DNA of 64,000 nucleotides from Xylographa opegraphella (Eukaryota): NCBI GenBank assembly GCA_022813865.1, contig JALDZX010000017.1, positions 186,001 to 250,000 of the forward strand, read 5' to 3'. Shown piece by piece: positions 61,935 to 64,000 of this stretch (position 1 is its first letter; each line of letters starts with the position of its first letter). The notes under the pieces were generated by a model. It saw only the letters and a program-made list of their open reading frames with translations, ran no database searches and was not told where the DNA came from. The position numbers and the translations under genes were made by a program.

Positions 61935-64000
61935 TCATTTGTAACTTGCATCGCCGTCCAACTCATTCGGTTGTCTATGTTGTCTTTGGTCCGAAGTTTC
62001 TAGCTCCCACCCATCCGCTGACCGGCTTACTCCAAGCTCACTGGACCTCTCCTTCGTGACTGATTCCAGTACTTCTCCATCGGTAAAAGCTTCCGCCAGT
62101 CTCATATCGTTGTAAGGTTCATTGACCTTTCATTGAGGGCTTTCGCTTAGCAGGTAATGCGGTGCTGGTCTACCCCTAAGGGTACATCGCCATCGCCGGA
62201 AGATATACCAGCCCACAAGTACAAGTAGGACCCGCGCAGCGAGGCCGCTGATTACCCCGCCTGCTATCGCACCTACTGGCTTTGAGCTGGATGACGGGAA
62301 GGCCGAGATGCTGGGCGTTGAGATGGCTACGAGAAAAGGATGTTAGCACAATCTACACTAAAATCGGCGGTAAAAATGCTCCTTGGCTCGCTAAGTATCT
62401 AACCGCGCAACAACCTGAATATAATGCAATAGCCGTTTTTGTTATTTGATGCCGAAGATCTACCTCGTGTCTCAGAGAAAAGTTGCTCGAGCTGAGGACT
62501 ATTCCATGAGCTTGGCGTCGGACTACAAGTCCAACTATTAGTTACTTTCGGTATACAGAACCGACGGCTTTGGCTGCTTACGAAGTACTAACAAATTTCT
62601 TGACCATTTGCGGTGTCTGGTATGAAGGCGCATTGGGATCGTACGATTATAGCCATGCCAAGTCGGTAAGATCGACGACGCCTAGTCCCAAAGCGAAAAT
62701 GTCCTTTTGTGATGTTGAGAGATTGCTGTGCACTACGGCGGTATTTGATCTGCCTATGGATAGCATTTGCCGCTACTCTGCGCCGACGACATGGCAGGTA
62801 TGGTTGTTGCAATTGGTAGTCGCAAGATAGTCTACCTTGAACCAGTGAAAGGATGGGAGGGAGAGAATGTATATCTCATCCAGTTGTTGTTCTTGTAGCA
62901 CAACTCCGGCGTCGGGATAGGCGGGCTTGATTCCCTTCACCAAATATGATCCAGACAACGGGTCTGCTTCACCACCGTAAATGAAGCTTTGAGACTTAAA
63001 TTAGACTACTGCACAGCAGGGAAGGAGGGGTGCTGCTCACATTTCATAAGTTTCATTATCGCCGGGAACGCTTACAGTGCAGAAGTTTGCGCGCCATTCA
63101 GGTCTGGGGACCGTAGCTGTTTGGTGATACCAAGTGTGCGTCTGCGGATCAAGGACGGCCACTTGATCGAAGCCCAACTGCATAAAGTCGTAGTCCACGT
63201 CGACGGCTGTTGTTGTATAGCCGCCAAAGAAAACTACAAGACCCTCATTCCCGAATGTGAGTACAACCTGGGCGCCGCCATAACTAGCGGTACCAGCGCT
63301 TGAGAAGCCTGAAGCTGTAAAATTCTGCCATCCACCGGATGTCGAGTTGTAGGTGACCAGATTCGGAACAGGCAGATAGCCCTTGCTGGTTTGAGGGTAC
63401 GTGCCTCAGTTCAGAAATCCGCCGAGATAATAGCCGATTCCATTCGCAGACGCTTATAGACAATTCAATGGCCTAGTGGCTGGAAAGCCTGTGTTTTCTG
63501 TGTTTTGTTATGACCAGACGCCACCGCCTCTATTGTCTGGTGTGAAGCTCCAGAGCTGTGTCTTCACAGGACTATTATCGTTGTATTCAAGGCCCCAGGT
63601 TTCTCCACCAGCAAAAGTGTAGGCAGCGGAGCCTTCTGCATTCTGCCAAAGACAGGTATAGTCAAGGATGGGTGAGCCAGCTTCGTCTATACCTACTATA
63701 CTGACGGAATTAATGGTCCAATTTGACCGTAAGTCAATGGCAAGGGTAATATTCACTTTTTTGGAAATGTTAGCCTCCAAAAATTGGGAATTTTATACGG
63801 CGGGCGTAGCCTTACGCCAACCTGTGACATCGTGGTCTGAACTATCGAGATGTGCGATATATTTTCAATCGATGTAAATCCAGTCTCCAAGCACAGCAGC
63901 TACTACAGGTCAGTAATGTTCTTTGATTGGATGAACCATACGTACAAGAATGGTTAGTCAAGTACAGAAAGTTGTTCCCGCCAGGGATATATTTCCAGCT
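61935..64000 (-). pseudogene. Kelch/beta-propeller single-pass membrane protein pseudogene (5' end beyond window)
   Basis: AAVLGDWIYID*K, TLAIDL, LWSFTPD, GYYLGG, VFFGG, WYHQT, FCTV, IFIYGG, ILSLPSFHW, HTC and TM GAIAGGVISG. In-frame stops at 63865, 63508, 63454, 63406 and 62773. Confidence 0.82.

Noticed and set aside
61392..62003. 203-aa plus-strand ORF
   Set aside because: TTG start, no recognisable domain, and it overlaps the tail of the pseudogene in antisense.
61935..64000. Premature stops in the kelch gene corrected by A-to-I editing or readthrough
   Set aside because: The stops are of mixed types, and the first (YID*K, where GG is expected) cannot be restored by A-to-G editing. A pseudogene is the simpler explanation.

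Overview
Gene-dense, intron-rich filamentous ascomycete (Pezizomycotina) DNA with about 25 intact protein-coding genes, mostly housekeeping. In order: the 3' end of an FSH1-type serine hydrolase, Nup133, an EamA transporter, STF2-like, casein kinase I, Dre2, a large secreted Ser/Gly-rich protein, an 11-exon SDR, mitochondrial Met-tRNA formyltransferase, the Hv1 proton channel, Ptc2/3, Pct1, Rps23, a BTB protein, Axl2, a GNAT, an Efm6-like methyltransferase, an SPX-VTC protein, Mpp10, a CCHC zinc-knuckle protein, an R3H/SUZ protein and Mic12, plus several hypotheticals. Three decayed genes are present: a TM-tail family remnant, a BTB paralogue and a kelch-type membrane protein. I recognised no tRNA, rRNA or transposon. 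The strongest finding is an apparently obligatory non-canonical AT-AC intron with major-spliceosome-type signals that splits the zinc knuckle of the CCHC gene (55486-55536, minus strand). Also notable are a start codon split by an intron, a possible Cif-like Cys/His/Gln-fold protein, an oversized SDR intron with a competing donor, and a Kex2-flanked amphipathic segment in the secreted protein. Gene models were built by eye and family names come from motif recall, not from database searches.
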